Source: a virus (lineage: Duplodnaviria; Caudoviricetes). From it: a stretch of DNA of 64,000 nucleotides. Shown here piece after piece: positions 8,037 through 17,022 of the stretch; positions within the stretch are counted from its first letter, which is position 1, and each line of letters begins with the position of its first letter. Both the position numbers and the translations under genes were made by a program. The stretch covers positions 128,001-192,000 of IMG/VR virus record IMGVR_UViG_3300028591_000072; one strand, 5' to 3'. The notes under the pieces were generated by a model, which had not been told where the DNA came from, ran no database searches, and saw only the letters and a program-made list of their open reading frames with translations.

Positions 8037-10295
8037 TCATACTTCACAAAAATTAATTTCTTTTACGGAAATCCATTCATTATCTATTAATACATCAATA
8101 TTGTCATTTATTTTTTTCATTAATTCATTTATAGGAACAAATAATATATTTTCAGAATTTTTTTCTCTTATGCATAATTTAGTATCTTCACTAAATTTAG
8201 TATTTTCTCCTTCATATCTTGGAACAACATATTCAGTAATAACCGGTTCAATCTTGTTTTCTGGAATTGGCAATTTAAAGTTGAATCCATCTGTATCTCC
8301 AACAATTGGTTGATATCCAAGTTTTGTAAACCAATAAATCATTAGTCTAAGTGCCATTCTGCCTGTACATGTTATTCTTTCAGCACTATCAATTGAACCC
8401 CATGGAAATAAATTAGTTGCAGAGTATGACCCGAACATTGAGTTACCAAAAATTTTCAATGGTAATTGTTTTTTATCATTTGCTGATTCTTCTTGTGCCG
8501 CATTCAACATTTTTCTGTTAAGTTCATCTTTTAACTGTAAATCAGAGCAAGATTCTATTTCTTTTTTATATTTATCTTTTTCTTTGGCAGCTTTTTTCTT
8601 TAATCCTTTATATTTTTCACGTTGAGTTAAAACATGCTCTAAAAAATGAAGCATAGAATTTAACAAATCCTTTTCATTTGTAATACCCCATGTAAGCATG
8701 ATTGATGGATAAAGCGAATTATAGTCAAATTTTGCTACATTATCAACAAATCCTACTTTTAGGAGGCGGGAAAGACCTCCTGTAAATGTTTTTCTTTCAG
8801 AAAATTGAGGAATTGCCAAGTTATTTTCATAACTCCAAGCAAGCATAATTGATTTCCACTGGCCAGCAGTACCCATTGTACAGCACTTGTCAAATGGAAC
8901 AGGAATCATTTTACAAATAAGGAAGTTTGGGGTGTTGTAACGATGTTCAACCATGTCACATTCCCACAAGTCATCAAGCAAATACTTTTGTCCTATATAT
9001 TTTCCGTCAACAACTTTATATCCATCCAAAAGTTTGTTCTTTGTGTAAAGAACAAAAGTTGGGTTGTCTTTTCCTTTTTTCAATAATAGTTCTTCACTTT
9101 CACAAGTATGATTTTCGTCATATATATACCAATCGCCTGTTTCATCGTTAATTGCGAATTTTCTATTTTTATCGTTGTAAATATCTGAAATTTTGTCACC
9201 TGGTATATAAACACGGTCTTCTTTAATCAAATCTGAATATTTACTAACATATTTCAAGTTTGAGAAAAGCATATTTGAATCCAATGCTTGTGCTCTTCTT
9301 ACAGCATGCAATGAATCAGTTACAATAATATTTGGTACGATTGTTTTATTGAATTTTTCAATTTCTCCACCCAATTTAAGAATTGATTCACGTTCATCTT
9401 TTCTAATTGATTCTCCATTGAAAAATTTCTTTGATAGTTCTTCAAGAGAAGTTCCAAGTCTTTCACAAGCGCCAATAATTAACTGCCAGTCAAATGCTTC
9501 TCCATTATGTGCACTAATTACATCGGGCCTAAAAGTATAAATTATTTTTAAGAATGTTATAATACCATTTAATTCTGAAATATTTTTTTCCTCTTCAGTA
9601 TTACCCTCAACATTAATTAATTTTTCAAATTTAATATATTCCCCTTTATATTTTACAGGGCGATTAAATCTTATACCAAACTGTTCTATTCTATCTTTTT
9701 TTGTATTAAGACCTGTTGACTCTAAGTCGAATATAAGTCTTAGAATATCATTATAATCCTCATACCCCTTAAAGAACCTCTTTCCTGTTGAAATCATGAA
9801 TTGCTCTTTGGGAGTAACAGTTAAATACTGTTTTTCTTCTTTTTGTTGGGTTCCACCTTTGTCATCTTTCTTTTTTCTACTCGAAACAGGATTTCCTGCT
9901 TTTTTGAAAAAATCCAAAAAGTCGGAATAACTCATCGGTACTGTTGCATAGAACAAATATGTGTATCCATTCTTAATTTCTTCAACAACTTCACCGTCCG
10001 AATTAGTTACATCAAGTGCCTTAACCCATATTCTATATTTTTTTAGAAGATATCTTACTTTTTGCTTATCGCCATTGCATAGCCTTTTACAAGCATTTTC
10101 AGTTGCCCACAAAAACGGCATAAATGGCTCTTGAGAAACACATTTGTCATCGTTTTCGTTTCTGTAAAATACTGTTATGAAATTATTTTGGTATTTATAG
10201 TCAAGGTTTACAATTCTTTCTTGTTCGTCTCTACCATTTAAAAATGTACTGATTACTTCAGGAGTAATCTCTTTTTTAATAAAATTTTGTCCCAT
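8037..10295 (-). CDS. Family B DNA polymerase, N-terminal part (3'-5' exonuclease, motifs A, B, C), with an intein-N-like tail
   Basis: ExoI FDLEST, ExoII HNGEAFD, ExoIII YLLDD; motif A DYNSLYPS, motif B KIFGNSMFG, motif C GDTDG (8300-8286). Confidence 0.9.
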   Translation of the reverse strand: MGQNFIKKEITPEVISTFLNGRDEQERIVNLDYKYQNNFITVFYRNENDDKCVSQEPFMPFLWATENACKRLCNGDKQKVRYLLKKYRIWVKALDVTNSDGEVVEEIKNGYTYLFYATVPMSYSDFLDFFKKAGNPVSSRKKKDDKGGTQQKEEKQYLTVTPKEQFMISTGKRFFKGYEDYNDILRLIFDLESTGLNTKKDRIEQFGIRFNRPVKYKGEYIKFEKLINVEGNTEEEKNISELNGIITFLKIIYTFRPDVISAHNGEAFDWQLIIGACERLGTSLEELSKKFFNGESIRKDERESILKLGGEIEKFNKTIVPNIIVTDSLHAVRRAQALDSNMLFSNLKYVSKYSDLIKEDRVYIPGDKISDIYNDKNRKFAINDETGDWYIYDENHTCESEELLLKKGKDNPTFVLYTKNKLLDGYKVVDGKYIGQKYLLDDLWECDMVEHRYNTPNFLICKMIPVPFDKCCTMGTAGQWKSIMLAWSYENNLAIPQFSERKTFTGGLSRLLKVGFVDNVAKFDYNSLYPSIMLTWGITNEKDLLNSMLHFLEHVLTQREKYKGLKKKAAKEKDKYKKEIESCSDLQLKDELNRKMLNAAQEESANDKKQLPLKIFGNSMFGSYSATNLFPWGSIDSAERITCTGRMALRLMIYWFTKLGYQPIVGDTDGFNFKLPIPENKIEPVITEYVVPRYEGENTKFSEDTKLCIREKNSENILFVPINELMKKINDNIDVLIDNEWISVKEINFCEV

Positions 10296-10346
10296 TTAAA
10301 ATAGCCAAATCCCTTGGCATGCTTATTCGCTGTTATTTTTATACTA

Positions 10347-10862
10347 TTATAGTACATTAATAATATAGTCCCTTACTCTTCCAAGGACTTTTCCTAAAAG
10401 ATTTTGCCCTTTCCATTTATTTTCATCGTCTATAATTGGGTTATTCCATTCAATACCGCAACCCCATATAAAATCATATTTAGAACCTTCGACAAATGTT
10501 TTATCCAATAAATCTTCTCTTGTAATCAATCGTGCCAAATATTCATTTTGGCAAAATTTTGCAAGTACAACATTATACATTATGTCTTCGCAAACCTCAG
10601 ACCATTGTTCTGAATTAAAATTTTTTACTTGTCTACCTAATTTCTTTGCTTCTTTTGGAGTTTTTGCCTTTAAAATAAGGTCTGCAATCTCTTTATCCTT
10701 AAAATACAAAGCCTTTTCATACATATACGCTTGTTCAGAAGATTTAAACTCAATGCCTAAATATGTTAACTTGCATTCATGAAAGTTTGAGAATTCAGAA
10801 CCCCAAAACGCAATGTGATTGTCATAAACAATAAATCCGTTTCTATCAAAATTTTGTATCAT
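10347..10862 (-). CDS. NADAR (YbiA-like) family protein
   Basis: FSNF...SSEQAYMYEKA...AKKLGRQV...KF.QN...VEGS..D.IWG.G...GQNLLG. Confidence 0.9.
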   Translation of the reverse strand: MIQNFDRNGFIVYDNHIAFWGSEFSNFHECKLTYLGIEFKSSEQAYMYEKALYFKDKEIADLILKAKTPKEAKKLGRQVKNFNSEQWSEVCEDIMYNVVLAKFCQNEYLARLITREDLLDKTFVEGSKYDFIWGCGIEWNNPIIDDENKWKGQNLLGKVLGRVRDYIINVL

Positions 10863-10885
10863 AATTTAAATTTTCATTTTTATAA

Positions 10886-10914
10886 AATATACATTTTTTT
10901 TTGTTATTAACAAA
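10886..10914 (-). promoter_or_regulatory. TTTG-N19-TATATT putative early/middle promoter
   Basis: Same bipartite motif as 44588 and 50438; upstream of the NADAR-polB genes. Confidence 0.5.
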
Positions 10915-10948
10915 ATATTTAAACTATTTATCATTAAAATAGATTTTT

Positions 10949-12796
10949 ATGGCATTACAAGTTTGGCTACCATTCACTAAAAATTATGACACAAATCAGG
11001 GGCTTAGCAATGATAAATTTTCATCTACTGCAACAAATGTAAATATCTTATCTGATATGCAATCACCTTTGCATAAAGGTTGCTTGTCTGTTAAAAATGG
11101 AAGTTCTGGAATAAAAATACCTGCTTCATTATTGAACAACTTAGAAGAAGCCAGTGTTGCAATGTGGGTATATCCTTCTGTTGGAGGTTCTTCATATGGT
11201 GAATATTTTTGTGCTACTCATAGTGGCTATTTTAATTTCTCTTGGTATAACAATAAAATATACTTAGGAACTACAAAAACAGGATTTGGGCAATCTGCAC
11301 CACGTGCCAAACAACTTCCTGCTTCAGCACAAGCAACAGCAAGAACATGGCAACATATATGTCTTACATTTAACAGGGGAGAATATAAAGCTTATTCAAA
11401 TGGGAATTTATGCCTTTCAGGAAATACAGGATATTCAGATGATAGTTTAGGAAATTCATATACTTCATTTTATATTGGAGGATTTAGTTCAACATATCAA
11501 TTTTCAGGAATGGTATCCGATTTCAGGTTTTATGACAACGCCATAACAGATTATGATGTAAAAAGGCTATATCAACAAAAAATATACGAATTGGTCCCAT
11601 ATGATGGATTTAATAATGTATTGTTCGATAGAAGTGGTATTATTAATATGCCAATTGAAAAAAATCATACAGCAAAGTTTGTTAACAATGCATTGTATTT
11701 TAACGGAAATTCAAAATTAAGGCCAAAAAACGGTAATATTGGGTTTACAATGGATAATGGAACATTGTCTGTTTGGTTTACTATAGAAACATCTTCCACT
11801 AATTTTCAAATAATTTACATAGACTCAGTTTCAAAATTTGCAATTGGTATCGTTAAATCATCCAATACAATTATAACAACATGTAATGGAACTGGTAATA
11901 AAACAAAATTCACAGGAGCAAGCATTAAATATGATGGCTCAATAAATAACATAATTGTTTCATATAATACAGGTAAAACCCCACAATTCATGTTGATAAA
12001 CGGAGTTAGTGTTGGAACTAATGGAAGTGATGTTTGGACAGAAACAAGTGGCTTGACAATTGGAAATAGGATGTACAATTCTGCACAGTCAGGATTTAAA
12101 GGAAATTTGTTTAAAGTTAGTGTTTACAACAAACAATTTACACGAGATGAAGCAATGGAATTATATAATTTAGAAAAAGAAATGTTCTTACCTGTTGAAT
12201 ATGCATTTTGCAAAAATATATCATCAACAGAAAATGGGATAAATGAATATATTGATACCGGAATTATTCCAAATGAACATATTAAAATAGAAACTGAATT
12301 TAAAATTAGCGCAAATGCACACAGAAATTTTTTTGGATGTTATTCTGAAGAAGGAATTCCGCCAAAAGTATTTTATAAAAATTTTTATTTAAGTTCAGCA
12401 GCTGGAACAAAAATGCCATCTTTTTATTTTTCATATGGAAATATTGAAACTATAAATTTATTAAATAGGCCAATAAACACTGTTACTAGATTTATAATAG
12501 ATTTTAAAAACGGCATTATTATGGATAATGACTCTATCTATAATATAAATACAACAAGTATTGGAAATGTCCTTCCTTCATCAACAATTAAAATATTTAC
12601 AAATAGTGATGATAAGTTAATAAATCAAAATCAAATAGCATTTAAATATTTTAAAATATATGATAATGATGTTTTAATAATGAATCTTATTCCAGCAAAA
12701 AGAAAAGAAGATAATTTGTTTGGAATGTATGATATGATAACAAAGGAATTTTTTTACGGTTCAGGCACGTTTATAGAAGAAGACTCAATTCTTTAA
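10949..12796 (+). CDS. LamG/concanavalin-A-like multidomain protein, probable tail fibre or receptor-binding protein
   Basis: SVAMWV...WQHICLTF...YSNG...YIGG...FSGMVSDFRFYDNA plus a second copy; C-terminal YIDTGI...LIPAKR...GMYD domain; CTATTTAT at 10924. Confidence 0.7.
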   Translation: MALQVWLPFTKNYDTNQGLSNDKFSSTATNVNILSDMQSPLHKGCLSVKNGSSGIKIPASLLNNLEEASVAMWVYPSVGGSSYGEYFCATHSGYFNFSWYNNKIYLGTTKTGFGQSAPRAKQLPASAQATARTWQHICLTFNRGEYKAYSNGNLCLSGNTGYSDDSLGNSYTSFYIGGFSSTYQFSGMVSDFRFYDNAITDYDVKRLYQQKIYELVPYDGFNNVLFDRSGIINMPIEKNHTAKFVNNALYFNGNSKLRPKNGNIGFTMDNGTLSVWFTIETSSTNFQIIYIDSVSKFAIGIVKSSNTIITTCNGTGNKTKFTGASIKYDGSINNIIVSYNTGKTPQFMLINGVSVGTNGSDVWTETSGLTIGNRMYNSAQSGFKGNLFKVSVYNKQFTRDEAMELYNLEKEMFLPVEYAFCKNISSTENGINEYIDTGIIPNEHIKIETEFKISANAHRNFFGCYSEEGIPPKVFYKNFYLSSAAGTKMPSFYFSYGNIETINLLNRPINTVTRFIIDFKNGIIMDNDSIYNINTTSIGNVLPSSTIKIFTNSDDKLINQNQIAFKYFKIYDNDVLIMNLIPAKRKEDNLFGMYDMITKEFFYGSGTFIEEDSIL

Positions 12797-12820
12797 TTAT
12801 AAAGAATATTTAAAAAAATA

Positions 12821-13216
12821 TCACTTAAATTTTGCATTAATTATTGACAAAATATTTGATACTGTTTCTAAATTGTCTCCAAAATGTAAGACACAACGGC
12901 TTTTCGGGTATTCGTCCATTAAATCAATGTTGACCCATGACAACGCTAATATTCCATAAGTTGCATATTCCATTGAATAGCAACTTGTTTCTTCTGCTGT
13001 TGTAAAAGGTAAGTCTGTTATTACTTGTTTAACAACGGAATATGTTGTTGAATCAGGCGTAATATCTCCATTACTGCTTGGATTATCAACGTCCCATGAC
13101 GGACCCCACACATATTCAGGCGTTTCGCTGAAGAAAAAGTCATAGACATAGGTTCCGTCTGTATTTTTTCCCAAATATTTTACATAAATCAATTTTAAAT
13201 TATCTTCTTTTTCCAT
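12821..13216 (-). CDS. Hypothetical protein, paralog of 13378-13857
   Basis: Shared YLG...DG.Y.Y.F.F.....VWG...SM.....GI..L...FG pattern. Confidence 0.75.
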   Translation of the reverse strand: MEKEDNLKLIYVKYLGKNTDGTYVYDFFFSETPEYVWGPSWDVDNPSSNGDITPDSTTYSVVKQVITDLPFTTAEETSCYSMEYATYGILALSWVNIDLMDEYPKSRCVLHFGDNLETVSNILSIINAKFK

Positions 13217-13217
13217 T

Positions 13218-13391
13218 TTAAATCAATTTATAAAATTTTGTTATTAATTTGTATCTATAAAGGCTTCTTTTAATCATTCTTTTGCCATGAACATAAGGTC
13301 TTACCTCTTTAAACATAAAATTGTCAAATGATTCCCCCACATAATGTGAATTTCCGTGTTCAACTTTTCCAATTAAATTATATATAGTCAT
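13218..13391 (-). CDS. Small hypothetical protein (57 aa)
   Basis: Below the ORF-track cutoff. MTIYNLIGKVEHGNSHYVGESFDNFMFKEVRPYVHGKRMIKRSLYRYKLITKFYKLI fills the gap between the two paralogs. Confidence 0.5.
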   Translation of the reverse strand: MTIYNLIGKVEHGNSHYVGESFDNFMFKEVRPYVHGKRMIKRSLYRYKLITKFYKLI

Positions 13392-13857
13392 CGTTTTCTC
13401 CGTTTATTAAATCAATATTATCAATCAAATCATCAATTGCGCTTTCATCGCCTTTTTTAACATCTTCAATGTCATATGGTTCAATGTTAATTGATTGAAG
13501 AACATTTTTTATTGTTTCAAAATTTTCACCAAACTTAAAAAAAAGCGGTGCATCATTATACTCAATGCAATTTTCTGAAATTTCAGAAAAAATCAACGGT
13601 ATTATCCCATCTATACAATCTTGCATTGAAAAGCAATAGTTTTTCTTTGCCAATTGCATTTCTATTTGGAAATTTACCTTACAACTTTTCGATAATGAAT
13701 TTATATCAGGCTGCAAATCGGGAACTATTCCAGCCGGTGTTACATTAAAGTATTCACCCCACACACTATCAGCATCCACAGTAAAATCAAACCTATAAAT
13801 ATATTTTCCATCTATTGTTCTTCCAATATAATCAACAAACGCTAAATATTCTTCCAT
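13378..13857 (-). CDS. Hypothetical protein, paralog of 12821-13216
   Basis: Shared motif pattern, see paralog. Confidence 0.75.
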   Translation of the reverse strand: MEEYLAFVDYIGRTIDGKYIYRFDFTVDADSVWGEYFNVTPAGIVPDLQPDINSLSKSCKVNFQIEMQLAKKNYCFSMQDCIDGIIPLIFSEISENCIEYNDAPLFFKFGENFETIKNVLQSINIEPYDIEDVKKGDESAIDDLIDNIDLINGENDDYI

Positions 13858-13876
13858 GATAATTTACTTTATTATG

Positions 13877-14146
13877 TTATTTAAAATTCATAACACCAAT
13901 TTCCCAATATTTATATTTCACTATATTTGTATCAAAAAATTCACCACCTATTACTGGTATTATCGTTTGTCTTATAATACAGAAAGTTCTATCGCCCCTA
14001 TAATAATATTTTGTTATGTAGTCTGATGATGATAAAACAGCCATTGGTGTATATTCTTTTTCTTTTTTCAATTTAAATACAGTTTTTAAAAAACCTTTTA
14101 TAGAAAAATATGTTTTAACTAATTCTTTTTTAATATTTTTTTTCAT
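13877..14146 (-). CDS. Hypothetical protein
   Basis: 89-aa ORF overlapping the helicase stop. Confidence 0.55.
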   Translation of the reverse strand: MKKNIKKELVKTYFSIKGFLKTVFKLKKEKEYTPMAVLSSSDYITKYYYRGDRTFCIIRQTIIPVIGGEFFDTNIVKYKYWEIGVMNFK

Positions 14147-16178
14147 CTTCTTTTTTAATTACTTGATTTATTGATAATTCTTTTTTCATAACAGTATTCC
14201 AAATTTTTTCATATTGTGTTCCTCTAAAGAATTGGTAATATATATCACAATCTTTTGTTTGTCCTATTCTATGGATTCTATCTTCAAACTGCCTTTCGTC
14301 TGAAGGTACATATGTAATATTATTAAAAACTAAAATATGTGAACAAATTAAAGTTATACCAACAGATGCCGCCTGTACATTTCCAATAAACACTAATTTT
14401 TCAGGATTATTAATAAATGCATTTTTAGCTTCATCTTTTTGTTTTAATGACATTTTCCCGTTATATATGACACATTTATCCCCATAATAATCTCGTAATG
14501 TATAAAGTTCTTCATCGTAACAAGTTGCTATTACAACTTTATCTCCGTTTTTTATAAATTTATCAACTAATTTTATTGTATTTGGAACCATTTGGTTTGA
14601 GCAATATTTTCTATAAACAGCACCCTCAAGCAAATCTTTATTTATTTCCTTTGTTGGGTCTAATTCGAGTTGTGCAGCCTCATATTCTTCCCAAAGACGT
14701 GCATATTCAAACTCTTGCTTCATATCGAAATCATAGAATAGTTCGTGAACTGTCTTATTTGGCAATCCTTCTGCAATATCTTCTTTTGTACGTCTCAAAT
14801 ATATGTGTGATACTTTAAGTTTTAACTCTTCAAGATTCGTTGGGTCTTTTAAAATTGTGATTTTCCTTGCATTTGCATTAATGTATTCCTTTAACTCATC
14901 TTTTTCCTTAGATGTAAGTTCTCCCCAACATGTCGGCGCAACTTTTCCTGCATTTCCATACTCACGTTTTTTCTTTTCAAAGAAAAACTTGGACCATTTT
15001 TCTTTCTCACCCTTAGCAGGTATCTTCATGGCACCACAAAATCTATCCATGTAATAATTCCAATCAAGAGTAATGTCTTCATTGAGAAGTTTTAACAAAC
15101 AATAAAAATTTGACGGATTATTGGTGATAGGTGTACCTGTTGCAAGGTATATACTATTTGGATTACCTCTCTTAATTAGGTCATTTATAATTTTAAATCT
15201 ATCAGAATTTGAATTTGAAAGCCGATGTGCCTCATCTATGATTAACAATGTTTTTCTATTCGTGACATATTGAAGCATAGGGCTATTTTCATATGCTATC
15301 TTGATATTTTCTGCACTTCTTGTCTTTGGTATTTTATAAAATTCATCAAGAATGTCAAAATTTACAATAACAAACCTGTTATCTTTCCATTTTCCAATTT
15401 CTTTTGCCTCTTCGAGTAATTGTTCACGTTTTAGACCTGAGTTTCCTACTTTATACCCAAGTAATTTCTCTAATTCAGGCTTTGTTTTGTCATTAACACC
15501 ATCAATTATACTTATATCTCGTTCATTTGCATACCAAAGCAATTCGTCACGCCAATTTGTTTTCAAAGAAGCGGGACAAATAATCAAAACAGAATCAAAA
15601 TTACCTTCTATTGCAGCAACTGCTAATGAACACGTTTTACCCAAGCCCATTCCGTCTGCCAAAATGCACTTTTTCCTATGTAAAAGGAATTGAACTGCTT
15701 CCTTTTGGTGAGGTTTAAGTATCCTGTTCGGGTCTTTTGACATTGATAAGTTGTCATAACGGTCAAAATCCACTTGAACAGAGTGATAATCTCCAATCAA
15801 GAAGTTTCCAAGTACCGCTTTCTTTGGTAGAAAAATCTCCATCGTTTCCATGTTTTGCCTATATTTAATAGTGCAATGGAAAGCAATTGATGTTTCCCCA
15901 AAATATGTGTAAATTCTTATCTTTTGAGGAACAAATTCTAATTCATAGTCATTTTTTAGTTTTTCACCATACCAATCAGCGACAGAAACGTTCTTGTTTA
16001 TCTGAATTGGCGAAAAATCATGGTTTTTCTTTATATACTCGACTACATAGTCACTAAGTAAATCTGTTTTTCTGCATAAAACGATGTCTCTTTTAAGCCT
16101 CAAAAGATATGGGTTTGGCCCATTATAGTTGTTTAGTATGTCTATTGCTTCATTTTTTCCTTTTATCGTGTTAAACAT
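14130..16178 (-). CDS. SNF2/SWI2-family helicase (SMARCAL1/HARP-like)
   Basis: LADGMGLGKT, DEAH, ATGTPITN, YLRRTK, QFEDRIHRIGQ. Confidence 0.9.
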   Translation of the reverse strand: MFNTIKGKNEAIDILNNYNGPNPYLLRLKRDIVLCRKTDLLSDYVVEYIKKNHDFSPIQINKNVSVADWYGEKLKNDYELEFVPQKIRIYTYFGETSIAFHCTIKYRQNMETMEIFLPKKAVLGNFLIGDYHSVQVDFDRYDNLSMSKDPNRILKPHQKEAVQFLLHRKKCILADGMGLGKTCSLAVAAIEGNFDSVLIICPASLKTNWRDELLWYANERDISIIDGVNDKTKPELEKLLGYKVGNSGLKREQLLEEAKEIGKWKDNRFVIVNFDILDEFYKIPKTRSAENIKIAYENSPMLQYVTNRKTLLIIDEAHRLSNSNSDRFKIINDLIKRGNPNSIYLATGTPITNNPSNFYCLLKLLNEDITLDWNYYMDRFCGAMKIPAKGEKEKWSKFFFEKKKREYGNAGKVAPTCWGELTSKEKDELKEYINANARKITILKDPTNLEELKLKVSHIYLRRTKEDIAEGLPNKTVHELFYDFDMKQEFEYARLWEEYEAAQLELDPTKEINKDLLEGAVYRKYCSNQMVPNTIKLVDKFIKNGDKVVIATCYDEELYTLRDYYGDKCVIYNGKMSLKQKDEAKNAFINNPEKLVFIGNVQAASVGITLICSHILVFNNITYVPSDERQFEDRIHRIGQTKDCDIYYQFFRGTQYEKIWNTVMKKELSINQVIKKEDEKKY

Positions 16179-16232
16179 TAAATTTTATATAATTTCTAAA
16201 TATTATTTACAAAAACTTTTTTTAAAAAACAA

Positions 16233-16327
16233 ATACTAGTGCTATAAGAACTAGTTTTTTTATAATATATTAATTATATTATTAATTTAATAATTATTTA
16301 ATAAATTATTTCTAGAAGCACTAGTAT
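16233..16327. other. Candidate replication origin: inverted repeat around an A/T-only tract
   Basis: ATACTAGTGCT (16233-16243) and AGCACTAGTAT (16317-16327) flank 57 nt of only A/T; lies at a gene divergence point. Confidence 0.55.
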
Positions 16328-16393
16328 ACCACACGCACGAGAAACATTTTTTTATTATGATTTTACTATTTATCTTTAAAGAATTAAAAATAA

Positions 16394-16939
16394 ATGGCAC
16401 TTGAATTTAATCAAACAAAAAATACGAACAAAGTACCTGTAACAAGGAACAATAAGTTCTTTGGAATGGAGGATTTTGATTTGGAAGTAGGTTTTGCCAC
16501 TGAATATTTGGAACAAGATGCAAATCAGGAGATAATTCTTTATCAAGTTGATTATGAAAAGACAAAAGTTAACGACACGTATAATGAGGCTTCAAAAGAT
16601 GCCATAAGATTCAAAACTCCTATTGTTCTTCCGGTGATTTACGAGATAAGTGACGCTGAAACTAAGGCATATAACAACAAAATTCAAACAGGTTATTATG
16701 CCAAAACAGGAAAACTTACTTTTAGTGTACTTTTATCAACGCTTGAAGAAAATCATTGTGATATTTCAAGAGGCGATTACATTGGGATACAAATAGACAC
16801 AGAACATCGTGAATATTTCACGGTAGTTGACGATGGAAGGGTAAATATGACTTCAAATAAGTTTACATTGTTCGGAAAAAAACCTTATGCTAGACAAATT
16901 ATTGCAGTTTCTATAGATTCTAATGAGTTTAATGGGTAA
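16394..16939 (+). CDS. Probable neck/head-closure protein
   Basis: Position upstream of the sheath, late motif at 16366, ILYQVD...NDTYNEA pattern. Confidence 0.5.
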   Translation: MALEFNQTKNTNKVPVTRNNKFFGMEDFDLEVGFATEYLEQDANQEIILYQVDYEKTKVNDTYNEASKDAIRFKTPIVLPVIYEISDAETKAYNNKIQTGYYAKTGKLTFSVLLSTLEENHCDISRGDYIGIQIDTEHREYFTVVDDGRVNMTSNKFTLFGKKPYARQIIAVSIDSNEFNG

Positions 16940-17022
16940 TGCACAGTGTATAGTTCTATTTATACGATAGAAAATTCATTCAAAAGTAAAAAGAAGTTAT
17001 TAAAAAAAATATTTTCATTTAA

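Noticed and set aside
6455-8198. Active trans-splicing split intein in polB
   Set aside because: No Cys/Ser at position 1, no TxxH block and no terminal His-Asn/Gln.
6528-8270. Group I or II intron explaining the split polymerase
   Set aside because: Only 36 nt separate the N-part from the nuclease, and that gap holds a promoter motif. The nuclease overlaps the C-part start, and I could not recognise any ribozyme core. RT-PCR would be needed to exclude it formally.
10949-12796. Diversity-generating retroelement target
   Set aside because: No reverse transcriptase and no template/variable repeat pair were seen in the window.
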